A DNA stretch of 64,000 bases, from assembly GCF_041956535.1 (NCBI RefSeq), contig NW_027192193.1, positions 1,293,192-1,357,191 on the forward strand. Direction: 5' to 3'. This document shows positions 61,715-64,000 of the stretch, in pieces. This DNA comes from Calcarisporiella thermophila CBS 279.70 (lineage: Eukaryota; Fungi; Calcarisporiellomycota). The position numbers were made by a program, and so were the translations under genes. Below the pieces are notes generated by a model. The model saw only the letters and a program-made list of their open reading frames with translations, ran no database searches and had not been told where the DNA came from. Positions within the stretch are counted from its first letter, which is position 1; every line of letters starts with the position of its first letter.

Positions 61715-62869
61715 ATGGAATTTAAAAATCAAGACGCCATGGTTCAATTAGGAGAATTCAGTCCTATATGGAACTTCATCTCCGCACACATATCCCCTTC
61801 AGCTTCGTCTGCTTTGCATCTGCAACCCAATTTGAGAGAATATGAATACGAAGCGAAGAGAGTCGGAGATGTTGCGTATGATCTGGGCGATTTTGAAGCG
61901 GTCTTCAAGTATCTTGAGCAGGAGCGTGCCTCCATTGCTAATGCAAGAATAAAGACAACAAATCAGAACATGCTCTACTCATCAGATCCTCTAGCTGTCC
62001 AGCTGTCGTCCTCCATTTCTAGTCCATATAAAATGGAGCCCGGCTTGATCCCCCTTCAGATTATAAAGAAGAGCAAACTTAAAGCTGTGCTCGACAACAA
62101 GAAGCGGTCATCCAAGAAGAAGTTGTTACAGCAGGAGTCGATATCCACTACAGGTGTGGCTAAGGAGGAGAGCATGTTACCCTCAACCTTATTATACCCT
62201 TTAACCATATCAAGCTATTTTCAATACTCATCGATTCTTCCACCCCCACTTTCGCGATCGGAAAATGACTCCGCTCACATTTTTATCGACAACTCGAATA
62301 TCGTGGTCGGCATGCTGACCCACTGTCCACCTAATTCTCGCCCAAAATTGCGGTACGATTCTCTCTTTTGTATACTGGAACGCGGTTGGAGGGTCGCCCG
62401 TCGCATACTGGTTGCCTCAACTCCTTTGTATCAGCCGCTGCAGGGAGCGGAGCGTGCTAACTATAGCGTGTCTGTGTTGCGGCGGGTTGCTCAGCGGAGC
62501 CCCGGTTTTTCTTCCTCATCCTCGTCTTCCGAAGACAGTCCCAGCTCACTAGCCACGACTTCTAGGCGCAATACGGAGCAGTGCGTGGATGAGCTTCTCC
62601 AGCTCAAGATATTCGAATCACTGTTGGATCATGCACCAGCGACGCTCGTGCTCGCCACAGGAGACGGTAAAACTGGCGAGTTTTCAAGCGGGTTCTACCG
62701 TGCAGTCGTTAGAGCGCTGGAACGAGGCTGGCGGGTTGAAATAGTAAGCTGGCGACATCAACTGAGTAAAGTGTACTGGGGTGATGAAATGATGCAATGG
62801 GGAGAACGGGGCCAATATGGCGTGGTGCTGCTGGACTGGTTTGAAGAGGAGCTCATTCGAAAGCTGTAA
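61715..62869 (+). CDS. NYN/LabA-DUF88 (PIN-like) domain protein, single exon
   Basis: HIFIDNSNI, EQCVDELLQLKI, LVLATGDG...F...RALERGWRVEIVSW acidic-motif pattern. Confidence 0.8.
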   Translation: MEFKNQDAMVQLGEFSPIWNFISAHISPSASSALHLQPNLREYEYEAKRVGDVAYDLGDFEAVFKYLEQERASIANARIKTTNQNMLYSSDPLAVQLSSSISSPYKMEPGLIPLQIIKKSKLKAVLDNKKRSSKKKLLQQESISTTGVAKEESMLPSTLLYPLTISSYFQYSSILPPPLSRSENDSAHIFIDNSNIVVGMLTHCPPNSRPKLRYDSLFCILERGWRVARRILVASTPLYQPLQGAERANYSVSVLRRVAQRSPGFSSSSSSSEDSPSSLATTSRRNTEQCVDELLQLKIFESLLDHAPATLVLATGDGKTGEFSSGFYRAVVRALERGWRVEIVSWRHQLSKVYWGDEMMQWGERGQYGVVLLDWFEEELIRKL

Positions 62870-63299
62870 AATCGTACATATCCATGTGTATATAGAGCAC
62901 GCTTTTAAATTTTAAATTCAGAGTTACTGCTTCATTTGTTTTTCTAGTGTCACTTATGTTTCCTTGGTGTGTTTTTATTTGCACTTTCTTTGCTTGAGGG
63001 TACTTTATTTTTCTCTTATCTCGGATTCCCAATTTACCAGATGGTTTTCTTAATTTTCAACGTTGCTGTAATTTAATGTCATATTTATGCTTCGTTTTTG
63101 TCCAATCCTCCTACGATGTTTGGCTCATTCTACATTGTTTTTCAAAATTTCCATTTGCAATCGATTCAATATCCGATTACTCGAACACTCGAAATTACAT
63201 TTTCATATGTTGACATTCTAGAGGAAAAAGATTTTTCCTTAATGCTTATTTTTTATTTTCAACCATCTCGATCTACATTATTCATCAATCCATTGCATC

Positions 63300-64000
63300 A
63301 TGTTTCGCTTGCCATTGCGCTCACTCTTATCTTCTGCTCGTCCTTTCAGGGCTCAAGCACCTAAACCCTACTCAAATACCAGGAAATATTTTACCTTAAA
63401 CAATACATTTTCTCGACGATCCAGTAAAATAGCGGCTTCTGCCATCGCCGGAGCAGCGACCCTCGCCGCCCTTATAACATACCCTAGAAACCCATCCACC
63501 CACTGCCAGCATCAACAAGCGTCTATTGAGCCCGCCTTTTCTGAACCTGAAGTTGAGGCTCAACTTGAATTAGAGCGGGAGCAGCTCAGCATTGTAAAAC
63601 AACTCCGTGCAAATGACAACTATACTATATATACTCCACGAGCCCTCGTAACCTCGGAAGAGAAGCCCTATCAACTTATAATTCACAGTCTTCGTGGAAA
63701 AGATAAGATAGCACTACCTCCACTCACGTTTAGGAGTAGAGATGGGACTGAGGCGGTGACCATTGTGCATTTGGGAGAAGCCGTCTGCGGTCACAAAGGC
63801 ATTGTACATGGAGGGCTTCTTGCAACACTTCTAGATGAGGCGTTTGCTCATGTGGTATGACTAATTTTTCTACTGCTCAAGACTACTAAGATCTGATATA
63901 AAACTGACAACGTATCCTATTCACTAGGCCATTCCCAACCTACCTGGGAAAACTGGTTTCACGGCCAACATGAACATCAACTACCGACGTCCGTGTTTCG
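63300..64000 (+). CDS. Hot-dog-fold acyl-CoA thioesterase (THEM4/Fmp10-like) with mitochondrial-type leader; partial
   Basis: HLGEAVCGHKGIVHGGLLATLLDE, next exon GFTANMNINYRRP; Arg/Ser-rich N-terminus. Confidence 0.9.

Noticed and set aside
62855-62869. C-terminal RKL of the NYN protein as a peroxisomal PTS1
   Set aside because: Arg at -3 does not fit the small-residue PTS1 consensus.
1-64000. Looked for in-frame TGA (selenocysteine), tRNA genes and a TPP riboswitch
   Set aside because: In the genes I traced, apparent in-frame stops were explained by introns. No tRNA A/B-box cloverleaf or TPP aptamer core was seen by eye; tRNAscan/Infernal were not run.

Overview
Intron-rich, gene-dense eukaryotic DNA from a fungus. 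Gene content and short GT-AG introns suggest an early-diverging lineage such as Mucoromycota; this is inference. About 28 multi-exon genes are recognisable: ORC4 (partial), transaldolase, two MFS transporters, a membrane-anchored UDP-glycosyltransferase, WDR48/UAF1, a universal stress protein, a bHLH factor, ROM2-type RhoGEF, SRR1, TFB2, an LRR protein, a divergent cystathionine-beta-synthase-like gene, a KASH-like protein, cyclophilin, RPL19, a Cti6-like PHD protein, RNR1, two tandem GFA genes, a secreted amidase, a kinesin-4-like motor, an NYN/PIN protein and a hot-dog thioesterase (partial). Four observations stand out. (1) A spliced nuclear gene encodes a bacterial-type RNase P protein (RnpA) with a putative mitochondrial presequence (32542-33497). 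(2) Three microprotein ORFs sit in intergenic space, two of them below the ORF-track cutoff: a 34-aa single C2H2 finger, a 90-aa double zinc finger ending in a CC-CaaL lipidation motif, and a 21-aa proline-rich peptide. (3) A 3-nt microexon is needed to rebuild the KRDG motif of RNR1. (4) The CBS-like gene has a degenerate substrate-binding site. No tRNA, rRNA, CRISPR array or intact mobile element was seen. Exon boundaries were inferred by eye and no database search was run.
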